Part shown: positions 1 through 9,255 of the stretch, one piece after another
Layout: every line of letters begins with the position of its first letter
Position numbering within the stretch: position 1 is the stretch's first letter
Assembly: GCA_035327385.1 (NCBI GenBank)
Contig: DAOLDN010000002.1
Location: forward strand, 1-39,546
Direction: 5' to 3'
Length of the DNA stretch: 39,546 nt
DNA from: Verrucomicrobiota bacterium
GTDB lineage: Bacteria; Verrucomicrobiota; Verrucomicrobiia; Limisphaerales; JADLHS01
Position numbers and translations under genes: made by a program
The notes under the pieces: model-generated
Seen by the model: the letters and a program-made list of their open reading frames with translations, nothing else
The model's database searches: none
Told to the model about the DNA's origin: nothing

Positions 1-39
1 GTCGCGAACGCTACTAATTCAGAGCCCTGATTTCCATCG

Positions 40-73
40 GGCGGCGTCCGGCAACAGACGCCGCCTTTTCTTT
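40..73 (+). terminator. Rho-independent terminator-like hairpin (GGCGGCGTC / 8-nt loop / GACGCCGCC followed by TTTTCTTT)
   Basis: Perfect 9-bp GC-rich stem at 40-48/57-65, followed by a T-run on the + strand. It lies between the window edge and the 3' end of the convergent xthA gene. Confidence 0.6.
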
Positions 74-99
74 CCCTGCAACTACAATCGAGGCGGATT

Positions 100-855
100 T
101 CAGATGTCCAGTTCCACACCCACCGGACAATGATCGCTGCCAGCGATGTCCGGACGGATGAACGCCCGCTTCAATCGTGGCCGCAACGCGGCGCTGATGA
201 GAAAATAATCTATCCTCCATCCGACGTTCCGCGCGCGCGCGCCGCTCATCTGGCTCCACCAGGTATAATGGCCTCCGCCCTTCTCGAATTCGCGGAATGT
301 ATCCACGAAGCCCGCCTTTACAAACGCGCCGAACCCCGCGCGTTCCTCCGGCGTGAAACCGTGATTGCGCACGTTCGCCTTCGGGTTCGCGAGATCAATC
401 TCCGTGTGCGCCACGTTCAGGTCGCCGCAAAAAACAACGGGCTTCCAGCGTTCCAGTTTCTTCAGATGGCGCAGGAAGTCGCGGTCCCATTCCTGACGGT
501 AGGCCAGACGTGTCAGTTCGCGCTTTGAGTTGGGCACATACACGTTGACCAGAAAGAAATCCTCGAATTCCGCGTTGAGCACGCGTCCTTCGCGGTCGTG
601 TTGCGCCACCCCGATGTGCGGCGTCACCCGCAGCGGTCGCGTTTTGGTGAAGATGGCCGTGCCGGAGTAGCCCTTTTTCTCGGCGCAATTCCAGTACGTG
701 GTGTATTTGGCCGGCCAGAGTTGTTCCACGTCGTCCGGGCTGCATTTGGTTTCCTGAAGACACAGCACGTCGGGCTTTTCCTGGTCCAGATATTCCAGGA
801 AGTTTTTCTTCAACACCGCGCGCAACCCGTTGACATTCCATGAGATCAGCTTCAC
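100..855 (-). CDS. xthA: Exodeoxyribonuclease III (AP endonuclease, EEP family)
   Basis: 251-aa ORF with MKLISWNVNGLRA...LCLQETK...GDLNVAH...SDHCPV, the full set of Xth/APE1 catalytic motifs. Confidence 0.95.
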   Translation of the reverse strand: MKLISWNVNGLRAVLKKNFLEYLDQEKPDVLCLQETKCSPDDVEQLWPAKYTTYWNCAEKKGYSGTAIFTKTRPLRVTPHIGVAQHDREGRVLNAEFEDFFLVNVYVPNSKRELTRLAYRQEWDRDFLRHLKKLERWKPVVFCGDLNVAHTEIDLANPKANVRNHGFTPEERAGFGAFVKAGFVDTFREFEKGGGHYTWWSQMSGARARNVGWRIDYFLISAALRPRLKRAFIRPDIAGSDHCPVGVELDI

Positions 856-962
856 GAGTGAAGGATAAACCGGAAGCTGTACGGAAGGCCATCAGTAACC
901 AACGGCGCGGAATAGAGGTTGATAAGCCCCGCAAAGTGGTGCATCTAAACCAGCGTCATGTT

Positions 963-1778
963 ATGAAAACACCGTGGCAACTGTTCACGTTGGCCTTCCT
1001 TCTGGCAGCCGCTCCCGCAGGGGCGCAGGACATGACTTTGGAACGACCGTTGCCCGATGTCAGGGACGTGCTCAAGGGCATCGTGGAACGCGCGCAACAG
1101 GAGGACGACGAACGCGCCTTCAAACAGCACTACACCTATCACCGTACAAAAGTGAAGGAGACCCGCAACGGCGACGGCGACTTGAAGAAGCGCGAGGAGA
1201 AACGAAAAGTTCACATTCCAAAATCCACGGTCGAGGTTGCAGACGACGACGATGATTCCCCCGTGGCCGATGGCCAGTCCACCACAAATTTTCTCTATGA
1301 AGGAAAGGGCAAAGCGTTTGAAAAGTCTGATTTTGCACTCACAGACGATCTGCTGTCTCGGTTTGAATTCAGGATGGTCGCCCGCGAAACGATCCGCGGA
1401 CGACCGATGCTGGTGATCGATTTCAAACCCGCGAACAAGAAGCTTCCCGAACACACCCTCAAGGACAAGTTCATCAACAAGGCGGCGGGACGCTTCTGGG
1501 TGGATGAGGAGGATTACACCCTGTCGAAAGCCGAGGTTCATCTCACGGACCGGGTGAACGTGATTGGCGGTCTTGCGGGGGCGATTTGGAAGTTCAATTA
1601 CAGGTTCGACCGCGAGCGCACCGAGGAAGGATTCTGGTTTGTCCGCTCAACGGGCTGGCACGCGGAAGGGCGGCAGGTTTTCCTGAGGCGAACGATTGAT
1701 TATCACGAGGAAAAAACGGACGTGAAGAAATACCCGTTCTCAATCCACGCGCGCGAGGACGGGATCACCACTCAATGA
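963..1778 (+). CDS. Secreted hypothetical protein (signal peptide; charged N-terminal region)
   Basis: An internal ATG at 963 gives MKTPWQLFTLAFLLAAAPAGAQ, a signal peptide. The ORF-track start at 840 would overlap xthA. I recognise no family. Confidence 0.6.
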   Translation: MKTPWQLFTLAFLLAAAPAGAQDMTLERPLPDVRDVLKGIVERAQQEDDERAFKQHYTYHRTKVKETRNGDGDLKKREEKRKVHIPKSTVEVADDDDDSPVADGQSTTNFLYEGKGKAFEKSDFALTDDLLSRFEFRMVARETIRGRPMLVIDFKPANKKLPEHTLKDKFINKAAGRFWVDEEDYTLSKAEVHLTDRVNVIGGLAGAIWKFNYRFDRERTEEGFWFVRSTGWHAEGRQVFLRRTIDYHEEKTDVKKYPFSIHAREDGITTQ

Positions 1779-2802
1779 CCGCCGCGCCCCAGGTCAGTCC
1801 CGCGCCGAACACCACCAGCAGGATCAGATCCCCGCGCTGAATTTTTCCCGACGACACCGCTTCGTCCAGTGCGATGGCCACCGATGCCGCCGAGGTGTTG
1901 CCGAAACGGTCCAGGTTCACGAACATCTGTTCCGGTGTTGCTCCCAACCGGTCACCCACGGCGTCAATGATTCGACGGTTCGCCTGATGAGGGATGACAC
2001 ACTTGATCTTCGTGATGTCCAGTTCGCAGCGACGCAACGCCTCCGTCGCCGCTGAACACATCGCCTGCACCGCGTTCTTGAACGTGTCCTTGCCCTCCAT
2101 GCGCAGGTAATGCAAACGCGCGTCCACCGACGCGTGAGTGGCCGGACAACGACTGCCACCGCCCGGCATGTAGAGCAATTCCGCTTTCGAGCCATCAGCG
2201 CCCATCACCGCCGTCAACAACCCGTGCGTGCCCGGACGGCTCTGCAAAATCGCCGCACCAGCACCGTCGCCAAACAACACGCACGTGTTGCGGTCCTTCC
2301 AGTCCACGATGGACGACAACTTTTCCGCGCCGATGACCAACACCGTGTCGTAGGTGCGGGACATGATGAACTGCTGGCCGATCTCCAGCCCGTAAATGAA
2401 TCCCGAACACGCGGCCTCCATGTCGAACGCCGCGGCGCGTTTCGCTCCGATCTTCTGCTGCACGAGGCACGCCGTGGAGGGAAACACCATGTCCGGCGTC
2501 AATGTCGCCACGATGATCAGGTCAATCTGCTCGCCCGTGACGCCGGCGTTGGCCATCGCCCGCAACGCCGCTTTTGTCGCCAAGTCGGAAGTGAACTCGT
2601 TTTCCGCCGCCAGCCGCCGTTCCTTGATGCCGGTGCGCGTGGTGATCCATTCGTCGGTTGTCTCCACCATTTTTTCGAGGTCGGCGTTGGTGAGAACTTT
2701 TCCCGGCACATAAGCGCCGACACCGGCCACGGAACAGGTGCGTCCCTTGAAATCGTGTTTGGCTCGCGGGTTTTTGAACTTGGGATTCGGTGCGGGCGTC
2801 AT
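1765..2802 (-). CDS. fabH: 3-oxoacyl-ACP synthase III (FabH)
   Basis: TDEWITTRTGIKERR, the active-site region ACSGF, HQAN and GAGLTWGA motifs. The start was trimmed to the ATG at 2802 (MTPAPNPKF...), which overlaps the plsX stop by 4 nt. The upstream 123 codons of the track ORF run out of frame over plsX. Confidence 0.9.
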   Translation of the reverse strand: MTPAPNPKFKNPRAKHDFKGRTCSVAGVGAYVPGKVLTNADLEKMVETTDEWITTRTGIKERRLAAENEFTSDLATKAALRAMANAGVTGEQIDLIIVATLTPDMVFPSTACLVQQKIGAKRAAAFDMEAACSGFIYGLEIGQQFIMSRTYDTVLVIGAEKLSSIVDWKDRNTCVLFGDGAGAAILQSRPGTHGLLTAVMGADGSKAELLYMPGGGSRCPATHASVDARLHYLRMEGKDTFKNAVQAMCSAATEALRRCELDITKIKCVIPHQANRRIIDAVGDRLGATPEQMFVNLDRFGNTSAASVAIALDEAVSSGKIQRGDLILLVVFGAGLTWGAAVIEW

Positions 2803-3839
2803 GCTGTTGCAGTTTGCTGTGGGGCGCTGGAGGCCGCAATCTTTTCGTTGGCTCGGGCAATGTCGTGCGCCAGCGTCGAGTTGATGCCGTGGCCGATTTC
2901 CTCCGCTGCCACGCGCACGGCGCTGGCAATGGCGCGTTCGCGCGAAGAACCGTGCGCCTTGATGACGACGCCGTTCAATCCTAGGATCGCCGCTCCGCCA
3001 TACACTTCCGGGTCCACGCGCCGTTTCAATCCGTCGAACGCGCCCTTGGCCAGCAACGCGCCCACTTTGCGAACGGGATGCGACACGATCTCTTTCTTCA
3101 GGATATGACCGATGGCGCGGCTGAGACTTTCGGCGGTTTTCAAAACGATGTTCCCCACGAACCCGTCGCAAACGACCACGTCCACCGCGTCGTTGAACAG
3201 GTCAAAACCCTCGACGTAGCCGATGAAATTCAGGTCCAGTTGCGAGCAGAGTTTCGCGCTCTCGCGGGTCAGGTCGTTGCCCTTGGATTCCTCCGTGCCG
3301 TTGCTGAGGACGCCCACGCGGGGACGGTCCAGACCTAGGATTTCTCGGGCATAGACGCTGCCCATCACGGCGAATTGCGCCAGGTGCAACGGTTCGCAAA
3401 CGGCGTTTGCGCCCGCGTCGAGCAGGATGAAATCCTGTGTGCGCGACGGGAAACGGCAGGCGATGGCGGGGCGTTCCACACCGTCGAGACGGCCCAATTT
3501 CATGGAGCCGGCCACGAGTGCGCCGGTGTTGCCGGGTGAAATGACCGCGTCGGCCTCGCCTTTGCGCACCAGTTCGATGGCACGAACCAAGGAGGAATCC
3601 TTCTTCTTGCGGATGCCTTCGAGGGGCTTGTCCTCCATCGTCAGCACTTCACTGGCGTGGACGATCTTGACGCGGGAATCGGTAAGCCCGGCCTTGGCGA
3701 GCGCGGGCTGGAGGAGTTCCTGTTGGCCGACGAGGTGAACGACGGAGATTGATTTGTCGTCGGCGAGGGCCTGTTTGACGCCTGCAATGGCGACCTCAAA
3801 ACCGTGGTCGCCACCCATGACATCCAGTGCGATTCGCAT
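2799..3839 (-). CDS. plsX: Phosphate acyltransferase PlsX
   Basis: MRIALDVMGGDHG..., a typical PlsX N-terminus. It sits in the conserved rpmF-plsX-fabH order. The start is taken at M16 of the track ORF. Confidence 0.9.
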   Translation of the reverse strand: MRIALDVMGGDHGFEVAIAGVKQALADDKSISVVHLVGQQELLQPALAKAGLTDSRVKIVHASEVLTMEDKPLEGIRKKKDSSLVRAIELVRKGEADAVISPGNTGALVAGSMKLGRLDGVERPAIACRFPSRTQDFILLDAGANAVCEPLHLAQFAVMGSVYAREILGLDRPRVGVLSNGTEESKGNDLTRESAKLCSQLDLNFIGYVEGFDLFNDAVDVVVCDGFVGNIVLKTAESLSRAIGHILKKEIVSHPVRKVGALLAKGAFDGLKRRVDPEVYGGAAILGLNGVVIKAHGSSRERAIASAVRVAAEEIGHGINSTLAHDIARANEKIAASSAPQQTATA

Positions 3840-3876
3840 AGATGACGGAGCGGAAACTCGCGTCCGCCGGCACGGT

Positions 3877-4065
3877 TCAGGCACCGGCTGTCACGGACAG
3901 GACCTGCCGGCCTTTGTAGTAACCGCACGACGGGCAGACACGGTGCGGGATGTAGGGGGCGTCGCATTGCGGGCATTTGCCGACCTGCGGGAGGGTCAGA
4001 ACGCTGTTGTAAGCCCGACGCATGCGCTGACGGCTTCGTGATGGTTTGCGCTTGGGTACACCCAT
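3877..4065 (-). CDS. rpmF: 50S ribosomal protein L32
   Basis: MGVPKRKPSRSRQRMRR... plus a CxxC...CxxC zinc ribbon. It lies between the yceD-like gene and plsX. Confidence 0.9.
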   Translation of the reverse strand: MGVPKRKPSRSRQRMRRAYNSVLTLPQVGKCPQCDAPYIPHRVCPSCGYYKGRQVLSVTAGA

Positions 4066-4078
4066 AAACTTCTCGATT

Positions 4079-4573
4079 CTAAAACTTCAGTTTGTCCAGT
4101 TCAGCCCAGGCGGATGAAACGTCTTTTGTCCGGCCCGCGCCCTTTGATTTCGGTTTCCTGTCCGCAGCCGTGCCCGTTTTCTTCAAGCCTTTGCACTGCG
4201 GCCCACACAACGGATGTTGCGGTAGGGTGAGGAGAATATCTTCCCGCATATAGGGCGTCAAGTCCACGCAATCGCCCTCCACAGGCGCTGCTTCCTCCCC
4301 TTCCAACTCCACGTGACACACCCAGTCGTCCAGTTTCAGCTCGTGTTTCACAGGTTTCAAACACCTCACGCAAAGGCAATCCAGCGTCAAAACCAGCCGG
4401 CCGCGCAACAACAGGCTTTGCTCAAGCCGTTGCACCGTCAGGTCATACCTCAACGGCTGCTGGACGCGCACCAGCTCGTCGCGTTCGTCAATATCCAGAT
4501 CCGCAGCCGGCAATTCGCCTTTGAGCGAAAGGTCCTTGGCGACAAGATGGCGCAGATTGACGATGAGCGGCAT
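4079..4573 (-). CDS. yceD: DUF177 / YceD-family protein (23S rRNA accumulation protein)
   Basis: 164 aa with C-terminal cysteine pairs (CLCVRC...CGPQC). It sits immediately upstream of rpmF, as in most bacteria. Confidence 0.8.
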   Translation of the reverse strand: MPLIVNLRHLVAKDLSLKGELPAADLDIDERDELVRVQQPLRYDLTVQRLEQSLLLRGRLVLTLDCLCVRCLKPVKHELKLDDWVCHVELEGEEAAPVEGDCVDLTPYMREDILLTLPQHPLCGPQCKGLKKTGTAADRKPKSKGAGRTKDVSSAWAELDKLKF

Positions 4574-4588
4574 GGCGTTTCTTTCCGG

Positions 4589-5068
4589 TCATTGCTTCAG
4601 CTTCGACATGATGGCCGCATTCACGTGCCCCGGCACGAACTCGCCAACGTCTCCGCCCAGCTTCGCGATTTCCTTCACCATCCGCGAACTCAGGAACGTG
4701 TAGGTCAACGTGGGCATCATGAAAATCGTCTCAAAACTCTCGTTCAGGCTGCGGTTCATCAAAGCCATTTGCAGTTCAAATTCAAAGTCCGACACGGCCC
4801 GCAAACCGCGCAACACCACCTGCGCCTGCCTCCGCCTGACGTAATCCACCAACAGACAATCGAACGCGTCCGCCTCCACGTTCGGGAGGCCTGCGATGGA
4901 TTGGCGCACCAGCGACAACCGCTCCTCCACGCTGAACAACGGATGCTTGCTCTCGTTGCGGGCGACGCCAACGACGACACGGTCGAACAACTTCGACGCG
5001 CGCTGCACCAGGTCCAGATGGCCGTTGGTCATCGGATCAAAGCTGCCGGGATAAATCGCCGTTCGCAT
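4589..5068 (-). CDS. coaD: Phosphopantetheine adenylyltransferase
   Basis: MRTAIYPGSFDPMTNGHLDLVQRA (the T/HxGH nucleotidyltransferase motif). At 159 aa the length is typical. Confidence 0.93.
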   Translation of the reverse strand: MRTAIYPGSFDPMTNGHLDLVQRASKLFDRVVVGVARNESKHPLFSVEERLSLVRQSIAGLPNVEADAFDCLLVDYVRRRQAQVVLRGLRAVSDFEFELQMALMNRSLNESFETIFMMPTLTYTFLSSRMVKEIAKLGGDVGEFVPGHVNAAIMSKLKQ

Positions 5069-5236
5069 GCCCGGACTTTAGCAGACCCAATGGTCAGGGT
5101 GAAAGGAAACAAAAAGGCAAAGCGGAAAGCGGAAGTCGCTAAATCCGAAATGGAGCACCGGTCTCCGACCCGGCGGATTCCACAGAAGCACATGGTCATA
5201 ACTGCCGCACTCCAATACGGAGGTATACCTCATCAC

Positions 5237-5917
5237 TTATTGAAGGGCCTTACGCGCTTTATCCGCTTCATCCTTTTTGCTTATTGCTTCGCTTCCAGTT
5301 TGGCTTACCAACCCGGTGAGTGCATCGGTGATAGTTCCTGCATAATAGTATGCAATAATGTCACGGATCCCGCTTTGAAGCGGATATGCTGCATCTGGCT
5401 TCGCCATCCCTTGAAGCAGAAGTTTCTCCTTTTCGGCGCGCATAGCACGCATTTGCAGTTGTAGTGCCTGAATCGTGTTATTCTGAAACGCGTGCTTGTC
5501 AATTGATGCATTGGCGCCGATTACACCTGTCGCTATCGCGGATAGGATCGTTTTTGTTTGTTGAGCACCCGAAGCAGTCGCCGCAGCAGTTAAGCCAAGC
5601 GTGGCAAGATCTACGCCGATGTCTTTGAGAGTCTTGTCGTCTCTCAAAACGAGCTCGTACTCGTGATAGTTGAAATCCACGACAGCCATAAGATCGTTAA
5701 GAATTGAATTCCTTACTTGCGCCCTGTTCATGCCAGCGTCGTTATAAACCGTTAAGTAGTAATTTGAGCTGGTTGTCACGGTATAATCGAAAGAAGGCAG
5801 ACGTTTCGCGTTTAGAATTTGTGGTTTGTCAGGCCCGACTGTTGAACACCCGGTGAGACAGGATAACGCAAAACCTGCTGCAAGATTGACAAGTCTGATC
5901 TTTTTTACTGCATACAT
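5237..5917 (-). CDS. Hypothetical lipoprotein (lipobox LTGC)
   Basis: N-terminus MYAVKKIRLVNLAAGFALSCLTGCS. The gene is visibly lower in GC than its flanks. No recognisable family. Confidence 0.6.
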   Translation of the reverse strand: MYAVKKIRLVNLAAGFALSCLTGCSTVGPDKPQILNAKRLPSFDYTVTTSSNYYLTVYNDAGMNRAQVRNSILNDLMAVVDFNYHEYELVLRDDKTLKDIGVDLATLGLTAAATASGAQQTKTILSAIATGVIGANASIDKHAFQNNTIQALQLQMRAMRAEKEKLLLQGMAKPDAAYPLQSGIRDIIAYYYAGTITDALTGLVSQTGSEAISKKDEADKARKALQ

Positions 5918-6145
5918 AGCTTTTTCCTTTGTTTGAGTTGTTTGGGGTACGTATGCGGAACTGAAGTGTCTGCCGCGCGTAAAAAAACAGTATTAAAACC
6001 AAAGGCGAGACGCAAGTCGTCCGTGATGCAAAATGAGTGGCTTCCACCGACCACAATGACCGTCAGTCGGACGCCAACGCTACAGATGTCGCGCTCACAG
6101 CGAGTGAAGCAAGAGTCTTCCGAGCAACCATTTTTGACATCAGCC

Positions 6146-6949
6146 TTAATTCTCTGACGTCGTTTCGGGCATTTCCTGTTCATCAACCGGCAGCACGGCG
6201 CAGACCGGTGAGATGTGAATTTCATTCCGGGCCACGCGGGTGTTCGCGGCGTGCTTGCGCCACAGCCACGCCGCCACCACGGAATTTCGGGCCTGCACGA
6301 TGGCCGCCGTTTCCTTGTCGCGCATTTCCGGCAACGCCATGATGTGACCGTCCAGGACTTTGTTCGCCGCGTGTTCTTCACTTGTGCCGTCGGTGTCTTG
6401 TTCATCAAATCCGGCGACGGACGCGGGAATTGCGGGTTGCTGGTGCGCGGTCAGGACCGTGACGAGAAAGAAGAATTGTTTGTCCGCCGACCAGTTCAAG
6501 CCGGTGCGGATGTCTTTGGGCAGTAAGCGCACCAGGGTTTCCAGGTCCGCGCCGGCTGTCCCCGGCGGCACCTCTTGATGGACGTCCACCCAATAGCCAT
6601 GATCAGACTCGTCCGAGCCTTCCTCATGCGTCTCTCCGGTCAATTCATTCGCGAGTTGCAGCCAATCCAGCGGTTGTGCGCCGGATTCGGTGAGCAACTG
6701 GTCCACAACTTGTGTGACAACAATCCGCTTGATGGTTACCTGCGCGGGCTGTTCTTCATCGTGCAAGCCACACAGCCAGTCCTCAAACTGTTTTTGCGCC
6801 CGTTCCACATCGCCTCCACAGAGGATGGCACTGGAGCAGTTGTCCCAGCTTTGAAGCTGGTTCACCACCTGCGCACCTCGACCCGGCGTGGGAACCATTT
6901 TCATCGTCGTGAAACCGGCGGAGAACAAATACGCGTTCATACGGTGCAA
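6146..6949 (-). CDS. Hypothetical acidic protein
   Basis: 267-aa ORF starting 28 nt downstream of the cinA stop on the same strand. No recognisable motifs. It is the longest ORF here that is not antisense to a recognised gene. Confidence 0.45.
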   Translation of the reverse strand: MHRMNAYLFSAGFTTMKMVPTPGRGAQVVNQLQSWDNCSSAILCGGDVERAQKQFEDWLCGLHDEEQPAQVTIKRIVVTQVVDQLLTESGAQPLDWLQLANELTGETHEEGSDESDHGYWVDVHQEVPPGTAGADLETLVRLLPKDIRTGLNWSADKQFFFLVTVLTAHQQPAIPASVAGFDEQDTDGTSEEHAANKVLDGHIMALPEMRDKETAAIVQARNSVVAAWLWRKHAANTRVARNEIHISPVCAVLPVDEQEMPETTSEN

Positions 6950-6977
6950 TTTGAAGGCTCAACGCTTGCTGGACGGC

Positions 6978-8243
6978 TCATCCGCCACAGGCCATCCGCC
7001 GTAGGTGATCCAACGCCTGCTGGGTGGTGACGTGTTTGAAGGTTTCGCGGTCGAACGGATTGAGGTGTTTATGCACGGAACTGCCGGCCGGCCCGGCGAG
7101 ACCGATGAACACTGTCCCAACGGGTTTGGTTTCAGTGCCGCCGGACGGGCCGGCGATGCCGGTGACCGATACTGCATATTCCGCGCCCGTCCGCTGTCGC
7201 GCGCCTTCGGCCATTTCGCGGGCGACGGCCTCGCTGACGGCCCCGTGTTGCGCGAGGGTTTCCGCGCGCACGTCCAGGAATTTCTGTTTGGCTTCGTTGC
7301 TGTAGGTGACGAGGCCGGCGAGCAGGATGGCGGAAGCACCGGGAACGTTCGTGATGCGGTTGGCAATGCTGCCGCCGGTGCAGGATTCCGCTATGGCAAG
7401 CGTCTGTTTCCGTTCCGTCATGGTGCGGACGATGAGGGTTTCCAATTCGTCGTCGTCCGCGCCGAAGATGGCGGTGTCGAGATGTTGGCGAACGATGGTT
7501 TCGGCGTCGGCCACGAGTTGCGCGGCCTTTTCACCGCGAGCGACCAGTCGCACGTCCACCTGCCCCACCCGGGCGCAGTAACCCAGTTCCAGTCCCGATG
7601 TCGTGAACGGCCGCAGCGGTTCGCAAATCTTTTCCTCAACGATGGATTCCGGCACGCCCGTGGTGCGCAGTGTCCTGCAAATGAAAGTGGTCGCAGGCGG
7701 CAGCACCAGCGTGAGCAGCGGCACCACGGAATCGGTGAACATGGGCCGCAGTTCCCGTGGCGGTCCGGGCAGCATGATGAGCCAACTGCAATCGCGGTGA
7801 AGGCGGTAGGGATTGGGCCGCACCTCGACGGCAAGTCCGGGAGCTGTGCCGTTGGGATTGGGCAAAACGATCGCACCTTCCGGCACCATGGCCTGAACGC
7901 GGACGCGGTCAGGCATCGCGCGTTTGCGGGCTTTGAAGAATTCGCTGATATGCGCCAGCACGTTGGCGTCCTCGCGCAATTCCCTTTCCAGGAGATCGGC
8001 GATGAGTTCGCGTGTCAGATCGTCGGAGGTTGGCCCCAAACCGCCGGTGGTGATGACAAGGTCGGCCCGGCAGAGGGCCTCGCGGACGTTATGGATGATG
8101 TCGTGCGGATTGTCGGCGATGGCGACCTGGCGGTTGACGACGTAGCCGAGGTCGGCGAGACGGCGGCACAGCCATTGTTGATGCGTGTTGAGCGTGCGGC
8201 CCAGCATCAGCTCGCTGCCCGTGTTGATGAGTTCGACAATCAT
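6978..8243 (-). CDS. cinA: CinA-family competence/damage-inducible protein (MoCF-biosynthesis domain plus nicotinamide-nucleotide amidase PncC domain)
   Basis: MIVELINTGSELMLGRTLNTH...ITTGGLGPTSDD...ESCTGG...GIAGPSGG. The start is trimmed to M27 of the track ORF. Confidence 0.88.
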   Translation of the reverse strand: MIVELINTGSELMLGRTLNTHQQWLCRRLADLGYVVNRQVAIADNPHDIIHNVREALCRADLVITTGGLGPTSDDLTRELIADLLERELREDANVLAHISEFFKARKRAMPDRVRVQAMVPEGAIVLPNPNGTAPGLAVEVRPNPYRLHRDCSWLIMLPGPPRELRPMFTDSVVPLLTLVLPPATTFICRTLRTTGVPESIVEEKICEPLRPFTTSGLELGYCARVGQVDVRLVARGEKAAQLVADAETIVRQHLDTAIFGADDDELETLIVRTMTERKQTLAIAESCTGGSIANRITNVPGASAILLAGLVTYSNEAKQKFLDVRAETLAQHGAVSEAVAREMAEGARQRTGAEYAVSVTGIAGPSGGTETKPVGTVFIGLAGPAGSSVHKHLNPFDRETFKHVTTQQALDHLRRMACGG

Positions 8244-8352
8244 CGCCTGTGGAGTGCGCAGTGTAGGATGAAACCTGCTCCAAAGCAAACAGCGCCGGGA
8301 TTCCCCGGCGCTGCCGCACAAACTGTCGGATGAAACCCGCCGGCTCCCGCAA

Positions 8353-9188
8353 TTATTGGGATTTTTCCTGTTCCTGTTTTTGGAGTTTTTCCACGTCCTC
8401 AGCCTTGATGGTTTCGATCTTGGCGCCCTTTTTCATTTCGTCGAGCGACGGCACCTTGATGATGTCGCTGGTCAATGGAGCGCGTTGGGGCGCGGGTTGG
8501 ACGGAAACCAGTTCCACCTCGAAAAGCAACGTTGAGCCGGGACCGATGCGGGGAGGCTGCCGGCGTCGCCGTAGGCGAGTTCGGCGGGGATGGCCAGTTC
8601 CCATTTCGCGCCGGGTTTCATCATGGACAGGGCCTCGGACCATCCGCGGATGACGCCGCCCGCATGGAATGATGCGGGGCGTCCGGCCCCGGCGTTGCTG
8701 TCGAACTCCGTTCCGTCAACGAGTGTTCCACGATAATTGACATAAACGGTGTCGTTCGGTTTTGGAGAATCACCCTCGCCTTCCTTGATGATCTTGTATT
8801 GAAGGCCGCTTTCGGTGGTGACGACTCCGGGCTTGGATTTGTTGGCGACGAGGTAGGCTTCGCCTTCCGCCTTGTTTTTCTCGGCGGCCTGACGACGTTT
8901 CTCCTGCTGTTTGGCCATGAGTTGCTGCTGGTATTGGCCGAGAGTGTCGCGGATTTGGTCGTCGGTAAGAAGGTTCGGTTCGTCGGAGACGGCATCCTTG
9001 AGGCCGCGGACGAGGTATTCGTAATTGACCTCGACATCCTGGCGTTTCCAGTTGCTGCCGATGTTCAGGCCGATGGCGTAACTGATTTTGTCCTGTTCGT
9101 TGGTGAAAGCGGAGGATTCCTCTGCGGACAAAAGACTGCCCGCGGTGAAAAATGCGAGCGTCGCGAGTGCTTTGGCTTTTGTGTTCAT
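8353..9188 (-). pseudogene. FKBP-type peptidyl-prolyl cis-trans isomerase (FkpA/Mip-like) with an interrupted reading frame
   Basis: ORF 8472-9188 carries the signal peptide, the FKBP N-domain and the core (VYVNYRGTLVDGTEFDS...PAELAYGDAG). The conserved C-terminus (PPRIGPGSTLLFEVELVSV...) continues in the -1 frame as ORF 8353-8643. The frame junction is near 8560-8580. Confidence 0.8.
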
Positions 9189-9255
9189 GGCGCGTGAGTA
9201 TTGTGGACTCTCCCGACGATTTCAATGTCGAATCCATGCTGAAATCCCCGGCGCG

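Noticed and set aside
2803-3171. The N-terminal 123-codon extension of the fabH track ORF.
   Set aside because: It overlaps plsX out of frame and is Arg-rich. The canonical FabH begins at the ATG at 2802, which overlaps the plsX stop.
8540-8600. Programmed -1 ribosomal frameshifting as an explanation for the FKBP split, and likewise for the SEC-C split near 21740.
   Set aside because: I saw no X_XXY_YYZ slippery heptamer at either junction and no obvious downstream pseudoknot. FKBP genes are not known to be recoded. An indel (sequencing error or mutation) is the simpler explanation.
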